A stretch of 63,408 bases of DNA, the filler included, from Chiloscyllium plagiosum (taxonomy: Eukaryota), in assembly GCF_004010195.1 (NCBI RefSeq). It is 3 parts of one record of this genome, joined end to end, with 100 filler letters (N's around TTAATTAATTAA, not from the genome) between each part and the next. Parts side by side here need not be neighbours in the genome. Positions count along the whole stretch, not along the records: positions 1 to 29,973 come from NC_057714.1; 2 more parts are not named here. One strand, 5' to 3'. The notes under the pieces are model-generated. The model did not search any database. It saw nothing but the letters and a program-made list of their open reading frames with translations, and was not told where the DNA came from. Positions within the stretch are counted from its first letter, which is position 1, and each line of letters starts with the position of its first letter. The translations under genes were made by a program, and so were the position numbers. Positions 1 to 11,703 of the stretch are shown here, in pieces.

Positions 1-250
1 TAGGAGAGTGTCGAGGTAGGTAGAGATAAGTTCAGTGGGCCAGGAGCGTGCTGAGACAATGGGTCGGCCAGGGTGGTCAGGCTTGTGGATCTTGGGAAGG
101 AGGTAGAACCGGGCAGTGCGGGGTTCCCGGACTATGAGGTTGGAAGCTGTGGGTGGGAGATCTCCTGAGGTGATGAGGTTCTGTATGGTCTGGGAGATGA
201 TGGTTTGGTGATGGGGGGTGGGGTCATGGTCGAGGGGCAGTAGGAAGAGG
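1..250 (-). mobile_element. Penelope-like element, reverse transcriptase fragment
   Basis: Minus strand reads ...NLITSGDLPPTASNLIVREPRTARFYLLPKIHKPDHPGRPIVS..., the FYxLPKIHK/GRPIVS signature of Penelope RT. Runs off the window start. Confidence 0.85.
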
Positions 251-540
251 ATGTATTAGATGGACAGCTCACTGTCAGAAACTTTATTATACCACCATTC
301 CCAGCTTGAGGTGCTTAGCTGCCTATGCCAGTAACAAGTAATCTGTGCAAAGCTCCAACCAACTCAGAACCTCAAATATTAGCCTTGTTTTAATGCAGTA
401 GTTTGATTTGGTCACAACAACGGCTGAAAAATTTGCAGCGGAAAGTGTACCTTAGTAATTTGTAGCAAGTAGGAATGGCAGAAGGAATGCTGCAGAATCT
501 TCCTCATTCAGGTGTTGTCTTATAACTCAAGTCCACAAAT

Positions 541-3500
541 GGTGGGACCCAGGGAGATAGTGAGGAAAGAGATCAATCTGAGACTGGTACAGTTGAAAAC
601 AGAAGCAAGTCAAATAGTGCAGGCAGGGACAAGGTAGGACTAATAAATTAAACTGCATTCAATGCAAAGGGCCTAACAGGGAAGGCAGATGAACTCAGGG
701 CATGGTTAGGAACATGGGACTGGGATATCATAGCAATTACAGAAACATGGCTCAGGGATGGACAGGAGTGGCATCTTAATGTTTCAGGATACAAATGCTA
801 CAGAAAGGATAGAAAGGGAAGCAAGAGAGATGGGGTAGTGGCATTTTTGATAAGAGATAGCATTACAGCTGTGCTGAGGGAGGATATTCCCGGAAATACA
901 TCCAGGGAAGTTATTTGGATGGAATTGAGAAATAAGAAAGATCACCTTATTGGGATTATATTATAGACCCCCTAATAGTCAGAGGGAAATTGAGAAACAA
1001 ACTTGTAAGGAGATCTCAGCTATCTGTAAGAATAATGGGGTGGTTATGGTAGGGGATTTTAACTTTCCAAACAGCGACTGGGACTGCTATAATGTAAAGG
1101 GTTTAGATTAGGTTAGATTAGATTAGTTAGTGTGGAAACAGGCCCTTCAGCCCAACAAGTCCACACTGACCCTCCAAAGAGCAACGCACCAGACCCATTC
1201 CCCTACATTTACCCCTTTACCTAACACTACGGGCAATTTAGCATGGCCAATTCGCCTAACCTGCACATTTTTGGGACTGTGGGAGGAAACCGGAGCACCC
1301 GGAGGAAACCCACACAGACACAGGGAGAATGTGCAAACTCCACACAGAAGGCAATTTTCTGATTCAGTATGTGGATGTACCTACGAGAGAAGGTGCAAAA
1401 CCTGACCTACTCTTGGGAAATAAGGCAGGGCAGGTGACTGAGGTGTCAGTGGGGGAGCACTTTGGGACTAGCGACCATAATTCTATTAGATTTAAAATAG
1501 AGATGGAAAAGGATAGACCAGATCTAAAAGTTGAAGTTCCAAAATGGAGAAAGGCTAACGGTATTAGGCAAGAATTTTCGAATTATTGGAGGCAGATCCC
1601 AGGCAAAGGGATGGCTGGAAAATGGGAAGCCTTCAGAAGTGAAATAACAGGAATCCAGAGAAAGTCTACTCCTGTCAGGGTGAAAGGGAAGGCTGGTAGG
1701 TATAGAGAATGCTGGATGGCTAAAGAAATTGAGGGTTTGGTTAAGAAAAAGAAGGAAGCATATGTCAGGTACAGACAGGATAGATCAAGTGAATCCTTAG
1801 AGCATAAAGGCAGTAGGAGTATACTTAAGAGGGAAATCAGGAGGGCAAAAAGGGGACATGAGATAGCTTTGGCAAATAGAATTAAGGAGAATCCAAAGAG
1901 TTCTTACAAACACATTAAGGACAAAAGGGTGACTAGGGAGAGAATAGGGCCCTTCAAAGATCAGCAAGGCGGCCTTTGTGTGGAGCTGCAGAAAATGGGG
2001 GAGATACTAAATGAGTATTTTGCATCAGTATTTACTGTGGAAAAGGATATGGAAGATATAGACTGTAGGGAAATAGATGGTGACATCTTGCAAAATATCC
2101 AGACTACAGAGGAGGATGTGCTGGATGTCTTGAAACTGGTAAAAGTGGATAAATTCCCAGGACCTGATCAGGTGTACCGGAGAACTCTGTGGGAAGCTCG
2201 AGAAGTGATTGCTGGGCCTCTTGCTGAGATATTTGTATCATTGATAGTCGCAGGTGAGGTGCCAGAAGACTGGAGGTTGGCTAACGTAGTGCCACTGTTT
2301 TAAGAAGGGTGGTAAGGACAAGCCAGGGAACTATAGACCAGTGAGCCTGATGTCAGTAGTGGGCAAGTTGTTGGAGGGAATCCTGAGGGACAGGATGTAC
2401 ATTTATTTGGAAAGGCAAAGACTGATTAGGGTTGGTCAACATGGCTTTGTGTATGGAAAATCGTGTCACAAACTTGATTGAGTTTTTTGAAGAAGCGACA
2501 AAGAGGATTGAGGGCAGTGCGGTAGATGTGATCTATATGGAATTCAGTAAGGCGTTCGACATGGTTCCCCATGGGAGACTGGTTCGCAAGGTTAGATCTC
2601 ATGGAATACAGCGAGAATTAGCCATTTGCATACAGAACTGGCGCAAAGGTGGAAGACAGAGGGTGGTGGTGGAGGGTTGTTTTTCAGGACTGGAGGCCTG
2701 TGACCAGTGGAGTGCACAAGCTGGGTCGTCTACTTTTTGTCATTATGTGAGCATAAGAGGTACAGTTGGTAAGCTTGCAGATAACACCAAAATTGGAGGT
2801 GTAGTGGACAGCGAAGAAGGTTACCTTAGATTACAACGGGATCTTGACCAGATGGGCCAATGGGCTGAGAAGTGGCAGATGGAGTTTAATTCAGATACAT
2901 GTTGGGAAAGCAAATCTTAGCAGGACTTCTACACTTAATGGTAATGTCCTAGGGAGTGTTGCTGAACAAAGAGACCTTGGAGTGCAGGTTTATAGCTCTT
3001 TGAAAGTGGAGTCGCAGGTAGTTAGGATAGCGAAGAAGGCGTTTGGAATGCTTTCCTTTATTGGGTCAGCGTATTGAGTACAGTAGTTGGGAGGTCATGT
3101 TGTGGCTGTACAGGACATTGGTTAGGCCACTGCTGGAATATTGCATGCAATTCTGGTCTCCTTCCTATCGGAAAGATGTTGTGAAACTTGAAAGGGTTCA
3201 GAAAAGATTTATAAAGATGCTGCCAGGGTTGGAGGATTTGAGCAAAAGGGAGAGGCTGAACAGGCTGGGGCTGTTTTCCCTGGAGCGTTGGAGGCTGAGA
3301 GATGTCCTTCTAGAGGTTTACAAAATAATGAGGGGCATGGAGAGGATAAATAGACTAAGTCTTTTATCTGGGGCGGGCAGTCCAGAACCAGAGGGCATAG
3401 GTTTAGGGTGAGAGGGGAAAGATATAAAAGAGACCTACGTGGCAACTTTTTCACACAGAGGGTGGTACATATATGGAATGAGCTGCCAGAGGAAGTGGTA

Positions 3501-3678
3501 GAGGCTGGTACAATTGCAACATTGAAGAGGCATTTGGATGGGTATATGAATAGGAAGGGTTTGGAGGGATATGGGCCGGGTGCTGGCAGTTGGGACTAGA
3601 TTTGGTTGGGATATCTGGTCGGCATGGACGGGTTGGACTGAAGGGTCTGTTTCCATGCTGTACATCTCTATGACTCTA
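541..3678 (+). mobile_element. CR1-clade LINE, 5'-truncated, near-complete ORF2 (APE endonuclease and RT) with frameshifts
   Basis: Motifs WDIIAITETWL, GDFNFP, SDHNSI, VPEDWRLANVVPLF, FSKAFDMVPH, LYRTLVRPLLEYC, NFFTQRVVHIWNELP (ORFs 1329-3599). 3' tail ctctatgactcta. Confidence 0.95.
1103..1348 (-). mobile_element. HE1-type SINE, 5'-truncated, nested in the CR1
   Basis: Reverse complement of the SINE body at 9360-9480 and 9620-9823, with a (TAATC)n tail. Confidence 0.85.
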
Positions 3679-4108
3679 CATCAGCATAGAACATAGATCC
3701 ATTTTATTGGCCACGATTGTGTAAATAATATTTGACAAATGTGGAATTTATGTGAGGATGGCACTTTTAGCAGAGATAAAGGAGAGCTGGTGAGATGTGA
3801 TTATATTTGAATTTTAACTAACTAAACTTATTACACACTGGTTAGCAGACAGGAATAAATGTCTAATTTTCAAAGAGGTGTCAGAGGTGGCTGGGGAAGG
3901 TTAAGAAAATAATCTAGGAATTAGCAGATGGAATATAATGTGAATAATTGTAAAGTTATTCACTTCGGTTAAAAAATGGCATTCTTAAATGGTATTAAGT
4001 CGGGAAATGAGAGTTTGCAAAGGAATCTGGTATCTTTGTTCATGTGTCATGACGTGTATGCAGCTACAGCAAGCAATTAGGAAGGCAAACAGTATACTGA
4101 TCTTAATG

Positions 4109-4304
4109 GAGAAAGTGAGGTCTGCAGATGCTGGAGATCAGAGCTGGAAATGTGTTGCTGGAAAAGCGCAGCAGGTCAGGCAGCATCCAGGGAACAGGAG
4201 AATCGACGTTTTTCCTGAAGAAGGGCTAATGCCCGAAACGTCGATTCTCCTGTTCCCCGAATGCTGCCTGACCTGCTGCGCTTTTCCAGCAACACATTTC
4301 CAGC
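4109..4304. mobile_element. Fold-back Penelope terminal-repeat insertion
   Basis: Inverted arms at about 4142-4210 and 4236-4305. TSD tactgatcttaatg at 4095-4108 and 4305-4318. Confidence 0.9.
4215..4242 (+). ncRNA. Minimal type I hammerhead ribozyme motif
   Basis: CTGAAGA-A-GGGC-TAAT-GCCC-GAA-ACGT-C: CUGANGA box, 4-bp stem II, GAAA box, palindromic ACGU, GUC triplet. Confidence 0.65.
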
Positions 4305-4889
4305 TACTGATCTTAATGACCAAGGGATTTGAGTACAGAACTAAAAGGTTTTTGCTATAATTGTCTACAGCACCTGCAGTATTGACTACAGTTTTGTTCT
4401 CCTTTTATCTAAGGACGTATATACTTGTCATAGAATTCAACCGAGGTTCATCAGATTTATCTCTGGGAAAATGCATTTGTCTCATGAGGAGCGAATGTGG
4501 AAACTGGAGCTGTATTCTTTAGAGTTTTAAAGCATAATAAGTGATCTTAGGGAAATCTGTTAAAACCTTTCTAGGGCTTAAAAGGAGGGATGCACATAGG
4601 ATATTTCCTCTGGTTGGTGACCATAAAGGCAATGAACATCATTTCAGGGGAAGGGATAACACTTGAGATGGAGATGAGGAATTTCTTCGTTCGAGGGTGG
4701 TTAATCTTTCGAATGCTCTACCTCCTCTGTCCCTATATTCCTATAGTGATCAGATTGGTTATTATAGGTATGATATCAACTCAGTTGCCATTTGTTCAAA
4801 AAGTAAATGAACCTGCTGTAGGTTGAACTGAGTTAAGAGGGATGGCCGTTCCCCTGATGCCCTTTTGCCAATGTGGATCTGGCATGACA

Positions 4890-5085
4890 ATCCGGTCTGG
4901 CAGCATCTGTCGACAGAAAGCAGAATTAACATTTTCATGTCCAGTAACTCTTCATCTGACGGGTCACCACGCTTGAAACCTTAACTCTGTTTCTCTATCT
5001 GCAGATGTTGCCTGACCTGCTGAGTTTCTCCAGCAATTTCTGTTTTTGTGTGTTTCAGATCTGCAGCATCTGTAGTTCTTTGTTT
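4890..5085. mobile_element. Old fold-back Penelope terminal fragment
   Basis: cagcatctgt...cagaattaac mirrored by ttaactctg...gcagatgttg, with a decayed ctga...gaaac core. Confidence 0.6.
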
Positions 5086-5464
5086 AATTTAGCTGATATG
5101 AATGTCTCTTGTTTGATGCTGACTAGTGGCTCCTCACCTGTTCCATAATCCAGAAACCACCAGCACATCCCACCCAATTGAATTGTAATTATCTGCTATT
5201 CAATATCAGAACTAGGTGAGCGTTCAATGTTTCACCTTTATTGAGGTAGGTGTATATCTCCTGGGATCTGGCAGTGGAAAACTGTCCGGTTGTCAGGTCT
5301 ATGAAATAAGTGAATATGTTGATTGCTGAAGGACCTTGATTCTTTGAGGACAGATGGAATATTCCAAAGAAGAAACAGATGGCAAATGGCACAAAATATT
5401 TAGTAACCAGGCTGATACCTATTAGAGTGGGTGAAATATGGCAACTCTTACAAACATACGGATA

Positions 5465-5880
5465 AAGTGGAGCATTTAACCATTTGATCCCTAAAAACCT
5501 ATTCTGCCATTTATTAAGTTGATGCCTGTTGTGATGGCCTCAACTCTATTCTCCCACCTACCCCAATAACTTATCACTCCTTTACAAGTCAAATGTCAAT
5601 CTAGCTCTGCCTTATCAGAATTCAATGACTGCACTCTGGAAAGAATCTCACAGACTTGAGACACTCTGAAAAGAAAAAATTCTCCTTCCCCCAAATCGGA
5701 GACCCTGTACTTTTTAACATTGAGCCTTAGTTGTAGTTTCTCACTTGGGGGATAGCATCCTTTCAGCATCCACGGTATCAAAGCCCCTCAGTAACATCAT
5801 ATGCTTCAATAAGATCATCTCTCATTATTCTAAACTCCAATAGATCCAAATGCAAATTGCCCAACCTTTCCTCTCAGCCT
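5465..5880 (-). mobile_element. Old CR1 3' end
   Basis: Reverse-complement similarity to the + strand CR1 tails at 6690-7030 and 53690-53975. Confidence 0.6.
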
Positions 5881-6689
5881 TTTCATCTTTAGGCTCCTTC
5901 AGCTTATCCAGAGCAATCTATTCCATCACCTATTTATTACTCTTCCCTCAGATTTGCAACTGCTGAGAGTCAGGCAATCTCCATAGATTCACTAACATGG
6001 TCATAGACAGAGTTGAGCAAATCAGTTGTTTTATGCTAAATTTACATTTTCATCTATTTAGCAATAAAATGAAGGCAGCAGTAAAGTTCTTTCAGAATGC
6101 ATGTGAACACTGCCTGGACTGAAAGACCACTTATAAAGGTAAAGGCAAGAGACAATCTGAGCCATTAGGATATAATTTGGCACAACTTTCAGGTGACTGG
6201 CTTCGGAATTGAAATGAGTCAGGCAGGTATCTTGTGAGGGCAATACCATGCTGCGTTCATTGGGTTGATTGTACCATGCCCTCTAGACAAATAAAAACTG
6301 GGTCTTCCCCGTTCCCAATTTCCTTTGTACTATACTTGATCCAATATCGCAGGGTGTGCAATCATGGGGAGCCAATCCAGTCTATGTTCTGTTTTTGTTC
6401 TTACAATTTACCTCTTATACCCCTTTAATGAGCTTTGAGAGCCTGCCCCTTGTCCTTTTGCCCCTTCCTCAATAAATTCCGTCTCACCTAACTTCTCTGG
6501 TGGGTGTGTGTGCTGGAGTGTGGATGGTGGATTTTTCTGATGTGGAAGAGCAGCACCTTTTTACATTCAGTTAGAATTCTTTCTTTTTCAAACCCAGAAG
6601 CATCTTTGATAAGCCAGGGAGAGAATTCTTCCTATCTGAGTGCTGTCAAAGATAACAGCTGTTCACAATGGAAGTGTTCTTACTGAAAG

Positions 6690-7030
6690 GTTCCTCAGGT
6701 CTGAAGGTGTAGATGGGGAAAGGTTGTTATCCCTTTTGGGGGGGAGTCTAGGACCAAATGGCTAGAGTTTGAGATTTCCCATTTAATACTGAGGTATGGG
6801 GGAATGTGTTTTCTGAGGGTAGTGAATCTGTGGAGTTTGCAGCCTTGACATCCCTCTGCAGTATTAAGTAATTCAAAGACTGAGATGGGCAGATTTGTAA
6901 TCAGTGAGAGAATTGAGGGTAGTGGGGAAAAGGTAGAAAAGTGGAGTTGAGGATTGTCAAATCAGTTGTCGTCTCATTGGCAGAGAAAACTTGATGGTCT
7001 GAATGGTCTGTTCTATGCCTTATTGTCTTA
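6690..7030 (+). mobile_element. Old CR1 3' end
   Basis: gagtctaggacc, gagggtagtgaatctgtgg and gtggagttgagg are shared with 24870-25220 and 53690-53975. Confidence 0.65.
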
Positions 7031-7687
7031 ACAAGTCAATGCTGAAGGGTTGTTTTGACCAAAGTAATATCATTCTGAAGAATTTAACCATAGGTCCATG
7101 GCAATATCAATAAGCACCCACTTGCCAACCAATTGGCGCACTCCTTCCATAAAATGTAAATGTTGGTTTTCCCCTTGAATTGGTGTTCTTGTGAATTGTC
7201 TTCTGTAAAACCAAATGACTGATTTTTTTTTTTGTGTCCATTAGCCATTGATGCTCTTAATAAATTTTGAATTTGATACACTCTTGCATTACTAAATGTA
7301 TTTTCTTGTTGCTGATTTGCTTTATTTCTCTAGTCCCTACTCAATCGCCGTTTCCCTGTTTGTACTGACTTCAACTGATTAGCTTCGATTCACTTCTTGT
7401 CACTTATTCACATTTTCCTGTCCGTCATCATTTTGGCTATTCTTTCATCCCTTTTGATAACTTCTTTCATTTCTTCTGACAGATTTCTGATTCTCGCATC
7501 ATCTCTACTGCTCCACGTCTTTCCCTCTTAATATGAGGAAGATTTAGAACCATGTCAGTTTGAGAAAAGAGTGGGAAGAACGTGTACTGAGCAGGTAATG
7601 TTGTACTTCAAGTACACAGGCCCTCCCAAGCTAATAGGAAGCTGCTGTCACCAACTACCACCACTTCATTAAAGTTGTAGAATTGAA

Positions 7688-7802
7688 GGCCCTCTTGTAG
7701 CACAGCGATAGTGTCCCTATCCCCAGACTGGAGGCTCAGGTTAAACTCCCACCTGCTCCAGAGGTATGTAGTAGCATCTCTGAACAGGTTGATTAGAAAA
7801 AC
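7688..7802 (+). mobile_element. Short tRNA-derived SINE
   Basis: A-box-like tagcacagcgatag and B-box-like ggttaaactcc, ending gattagaaaa. Confidence 0.5.
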
Positions 7803-8444
7803 AAGTTAAAGCACAGAATTCTCTCAGGTCAAGCATATCAGATGTGAAGTGGCAACGACTCAGTAAAATAGTGACAACCGCCTTGTGCTTGCATGGTGTG
7901 AAACATTGCATACCATGCTCGGGATCATTCCTTAACAGTAACTTGCTGAAAACTTGTCTGTGTCTCTCTCTCTGTCCTTTCTGCTTCTCTTCATCTTTTG
8001 TTCACAATAACTCTTTGAAGCTAACTTACTTGTCTAAACATGCTTTGCCTTGTTTTTTTAAAGATTATAAAACAAACTTAGACATGTAGCTAATTATCAT
8101 CTATCTTTCTTGATGCCTCAGGTTGTTGGTAGATAGTTTGCTGAGCATCAAAATATCTGTTCAGATTTTTCTCTGGTGTTTTGTTTTTTATTTCTCTCTC
8201 TTTATGTAAAATTCACATTATTTTAGCTAGAGAACATGCTTTATCATTTGCACTGACCGATTCATGCCAAGGCGAGCTGGGTGATTGCTGGAACATGTGA
8301 CATTGTTAACTCCCTTCAACTGGAAAGAATTTCAACTCTAAGCTGATTTTTTTTTAAAAAAAAGAAAATGCTCAACGTCTCTAAATAAAACTAATTGTTT
8401 AGTTCTGGGACAGTCTAATAGGTGCACTTGATTGACTTTGTAGA

Positions 8445-8860
8445 GACATAGTGTTTACAGCACAGGAAGAGATCCTTTGGCCCATCATGTCTGTGTCTGT
8501 CATCAAACATCCATCTATTCTAATCCCATTTTCTAGCCTTATATACTATAGCATTTCAAATGTTTATATAAATACCTCTTAAATGTCTTTTGGGTTTCCC
8601 CTTCTACAGCCCTTTTAGGTAGTGAGTTCCAGAAGCCTTCAACCCCCTGAGTCAAAATATTGTCCTCAAATCCCCTCCAAACCTTCAGCTCCTTACCTCA
8701 AAACTATGCCTCCTGATATTGGCTCTCTCTACATAGAAGAAACATTTCTGCCTTTCTACTTATGTTTCTCAAACTTCATCCACCTCCATCAGATTCCCCT
8801 TACCCTTCCCTACTCTAAGAATAATAGCTCCAGTCTATCTAGTCTCTCTTTATAGCTCAT
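8445..8860 (-). mobile_element. Old CR1 3' end
   Basis: Similar to the minus-strand CR1 tail at 32285-32700. Confidence 0.6.
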
Positions 8861-9281
8861 TTTTGTGACAGAGGTACTTGGAATTAAGAATATTGACACA
8901 TCAAAGTCACAAATGGTGGACAACTTTGAAAATACATAACTGATCCATGCAGGTTCATACAGAACGTTGGCTGATTATGGCAACTGAAGTGCCAGGAAAT
9001 GATCATCTCCATCTTGCGGGTCTAACCAACTGCCCTTGACATTCATCAGAAATACTAATACTGAAACATCCATTGTTAAACTTCGGGACACCATTACAAT
9101 AAAACACAATTGGACCTGCCCTGTCTACTGAACTGCTCAGGGGCAGGACTGTCTGAATGGAACAAACTGCAGCCTGGCCTTTTCAGCAACCCTCCCAAAC
9201 TCCACCCTCTGACAAAGGCAAGGGGGTAGAATGTTTTGCCCTGCTCCACTCTGCTGAGGTTTGGTGGTGTTTAGTCAAACA

Positions 9282-9575
9282 GGGGCAGCACAGTGGCTCA
9301 GTGGTTAGCACTGCTACCTCACAGCACCAAGGTCCCAGGTTTGATTCCAGCCTCGGGTGACTGTCTGTGTGGAATTTGCACATTCTCCTTGTGTCTGCGT
9401 GGGTTTCCTCCGGGTGCTCTGGTTTCCTCCCACAGTCCAAAGATGTGCAGGTCAAGTGAATTGGCCATGCTAAATTGCCCAACGTGTTACATGCAATAGT
9501 CAGAGGGAAATGGGACTGGGTGGGTTACTCTTTGTGTAGGGCTGAAGGGCGTTTCCACACAGTAGGAAATCTAAA
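9282..9575 (+). mobile_element. HE1-type tRNA-derived SINE, full head
   Basis: Pol III A box tggctcagtgg and B box ggtttgattcc, V-type core gtgtctgcgtgggtttcctccgggtgctc, and tail tttccacacagta. Confidence 0.9.
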
Positions 9576-9611
9576 AAGGAGGTTGGCCGGTGGGGACGCT
9601 GCCATCTTTTT

Positions 9612-9824
9612 GTCTCCAGTGTCTGCGTGGGTTTCCTCCGGGTGCTCCGGTTTTCTCCCACAGTCCAAAGATGTGCAGGTTAGATGAATTGGCCATGCTA
9701 AATTGCCCGTAGTGTTAGGTAAGGGGTAAAGGTAAGGGTGTGGGTGGGTTGCGCTTCGGCGGGGCGGTGTGGACTTGTTGGGCCGAAGGGCCTGTTTCCA
9801 CACTGTAAGTAATCTAATCTAATC
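9612..9824 (+). mobile_element. Second HE1-type SINE, 5'-truncated
   Basis: Repeats the core of 9390-9480 and ends in gtaatctaatctaatct. Confidence 0.85.
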
Positions 9825-11192
9825 TCAACTTCATTCCTGACAGGATGACCTATGCACATGCCATCTCCTCCACTGCTAATTAAGTGGGCAATTAACCCAG
9901 TGGGAGGTGTTGGCATTGTCTTGCTGTGCAAAACGCCTGACAAGCAAGTTGCTTTGCAGTGGGAGGAGGTGAAGGGGCTCGCTAAAATGGGGTCAGTGCC
10001 TACCGAGGTGCCCAAGAAAGTGGGCATTGGGGGACACACCCACTGAGGGCCACACCTGCTGCCTGCATTGTTGGCAGTCTCTGTGCAACCCTCAACCCCT
10101 CTCTGAGCCCCCTGCTGTCACTCATCTGTGGCCTGAGATCCGTCTCTGAGGTCAGGTCCCTGGGGTAAGTGTTGAAGCAGCAGTCACTCCTGGCATGTGC
10201 TACTGCTGCCATGCATCCTGTGTTTTCCTGGGGCTCCTTGATCCTACCACTGTTTAATGGAGAGTCACTTAATCTGACAGGGTGTGCGTACGATAGATGA
10301 TGTGAGGCTCCTGCTGGTATCCCAGGTTGTGGGCAAGACCTCTGTCATCAAGCAAGGAAACATCAGCTTCTCTCAGTTTTCCATTCACTGGTACTCCATG
10401 CTGATTAGATGAGCCTTCCTAGAAATCAGGACGTAGTCTGTGTATTGCCTTCTCTGTAGGTGCTTCATAAACACTGTCACAGAATGGTACCAGATAGGCC
10501 ACACAAGTACAGGCCGGGGGACCTGTGACCACAGGTCACTGCTCTAAACGTTTGCTAAAGTCCTCAGTGTCACGGGTCTCGGGAGGTGAAAGTCCCCCTC
10601 TGGAAGGCATACAGGAGGTAACATTGAGCAAAGTTTTTTTTTAAACTTTTTTTCTTAGTGACAACCTCCATTTTTCTCTTTCCGTTTAGTTCCGATGCCA
10701 GCTCCCCCCAATAAAATTGCAACCTGTTACTGACTTGGGCGGTAAGGCAGGTGTTAGATCCTGTATTATGGATGTGTTTGAGGTGCTCATATGTGATCTG
10801 TGGCTAACTACTCAAACAATAAATGTGTGTTTCTAATACTCTTTGCAGAAAGGTGGCTCCCTAACGCGGTGCATTCTGCAACTGCCTACCTCACATTACA
10901 GAACATAACCAGAGCCATATCCCAATTCACCTGCACTGCTTTTATAATAGAAACTGATTTACCCTCTGCCAAACACTTTCAATTTTCTTGAAAAGTTTAA
11001 TGGATAGGGCAAAGTATTTCAAAACAGCAATAATAAGCATTTTGACAAACAATGGTTTATTTAAAATTAAAAATGGCTGTAATAAGTTAATTCAGCCTAT
11101 GGCTGTGAAATTGTAAATGTTTCTCACTGTAGATCTGCTGAATTTGACATGGTTCCTGCATCTACAGTATTTCATTCTGCAATTAGCTTCAT

Positions 11193-11658
11193 ATCTCTCC
11201 ACGCTTCAGGCTCTCTGCCTTTATTCCTGATGAAGGGCTTTTGCCCGAAATGTCGATTTTGCTGCTCCTTAGATGCTTCCTGAACTGCTGTGCTCTTCCA
11301 GCACCACTAATCCAAAATCTGGTTTCCAGCATCTGCAGTCATTGTTTTTATCTAGTTGATTTTAACCCTACTGCGAATCCTCTTGCAAGGATGCCTGCCT
11401 TGAAGGAGTTTTCCTCCTCTCTCTACAAGAATCTCAGGGAGTCCCTCTCCCACTGCAACTCCCAGTTCATTTCCTCTGCCCTGAAGCTCTTCCATGCTAC
11501 TTTCTCCCCACCCCCACCCTTCTCTAGTTTATCTCTCCACGCTTCAGGCTCTCTACCTTTATTCCTGATGAAGGGCTTTTGCCCGAAATGTCGATTTTTG
11601 CTGCTCCTCAGATGCTGCCTGAACTGCTGTGCTCTTCCAGCACCACTAATCCAAAATC
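11193..11658 (+). mobile_element. Mini-Penelope with two direct terminal repeats, each containing a hammerhead core
   Basis: Direct repeats at about 11192-11319 and 11530-11659. Cores at 11227-11254 and 11565-11592. TSD tagcttcat at 11184-11192 and 11659-11667. Confidence 0.85.
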
Positions 11659-11684
11659 TAGCTTCATCATAGCCGATATATTGT

Positions 11685-11703
11685 AACCACTGGATGGCGC
11701 TGC
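11685..11703 (+). promoter_or_regulatory. Candidate CTCF site
   Basis: aaCCACTGGATGGCGCTG versus consensus CCASYAGRKGGCRS (one mismatch). Confidence 0.4.

Larger units (their letters stand above)
3860..4720 (+). mobile_element. Old degenerate CR1 3' fragment
   Basis: Decayed RT C-terminal DNA (cagatggaatataatgtg, attaggaaggcaaa, gagggtggttaatctt). Interrupted by the element at 4109-4304. Confidence 0.65.

Noticed and set aside
1329..3599. CR1 ORF2 as an active or domesticated RT gene
   Set aside because: Multiple frameshifts, deletions through the QGS/FADD region, and a SINE insertion.
4142..4305. Fold-back elements as pre-miRNA genes or classical MITEs
   Set aside because: The arms are Penelope termini, asymmetric in length, with variable junctions and long variable TSDs.
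3989..4360. Recurrent peptide KCVAGKAQQVRQH on both strands at several loci
   Set aside because: Translation of Penelope inverted terminal repeats, not a gene family.
7483..7594. Exon-like segment (ttctgacAG ... CAG|GTAATG)
   Set aside because: Stops in all three frames and no recognisable homology. A non-coding cryptic exon cannot be excluded.
9282..9355. tRNA gene
   Set aside because: The A and B boxes belong to a SINE head that continues into the SINE core and tail.
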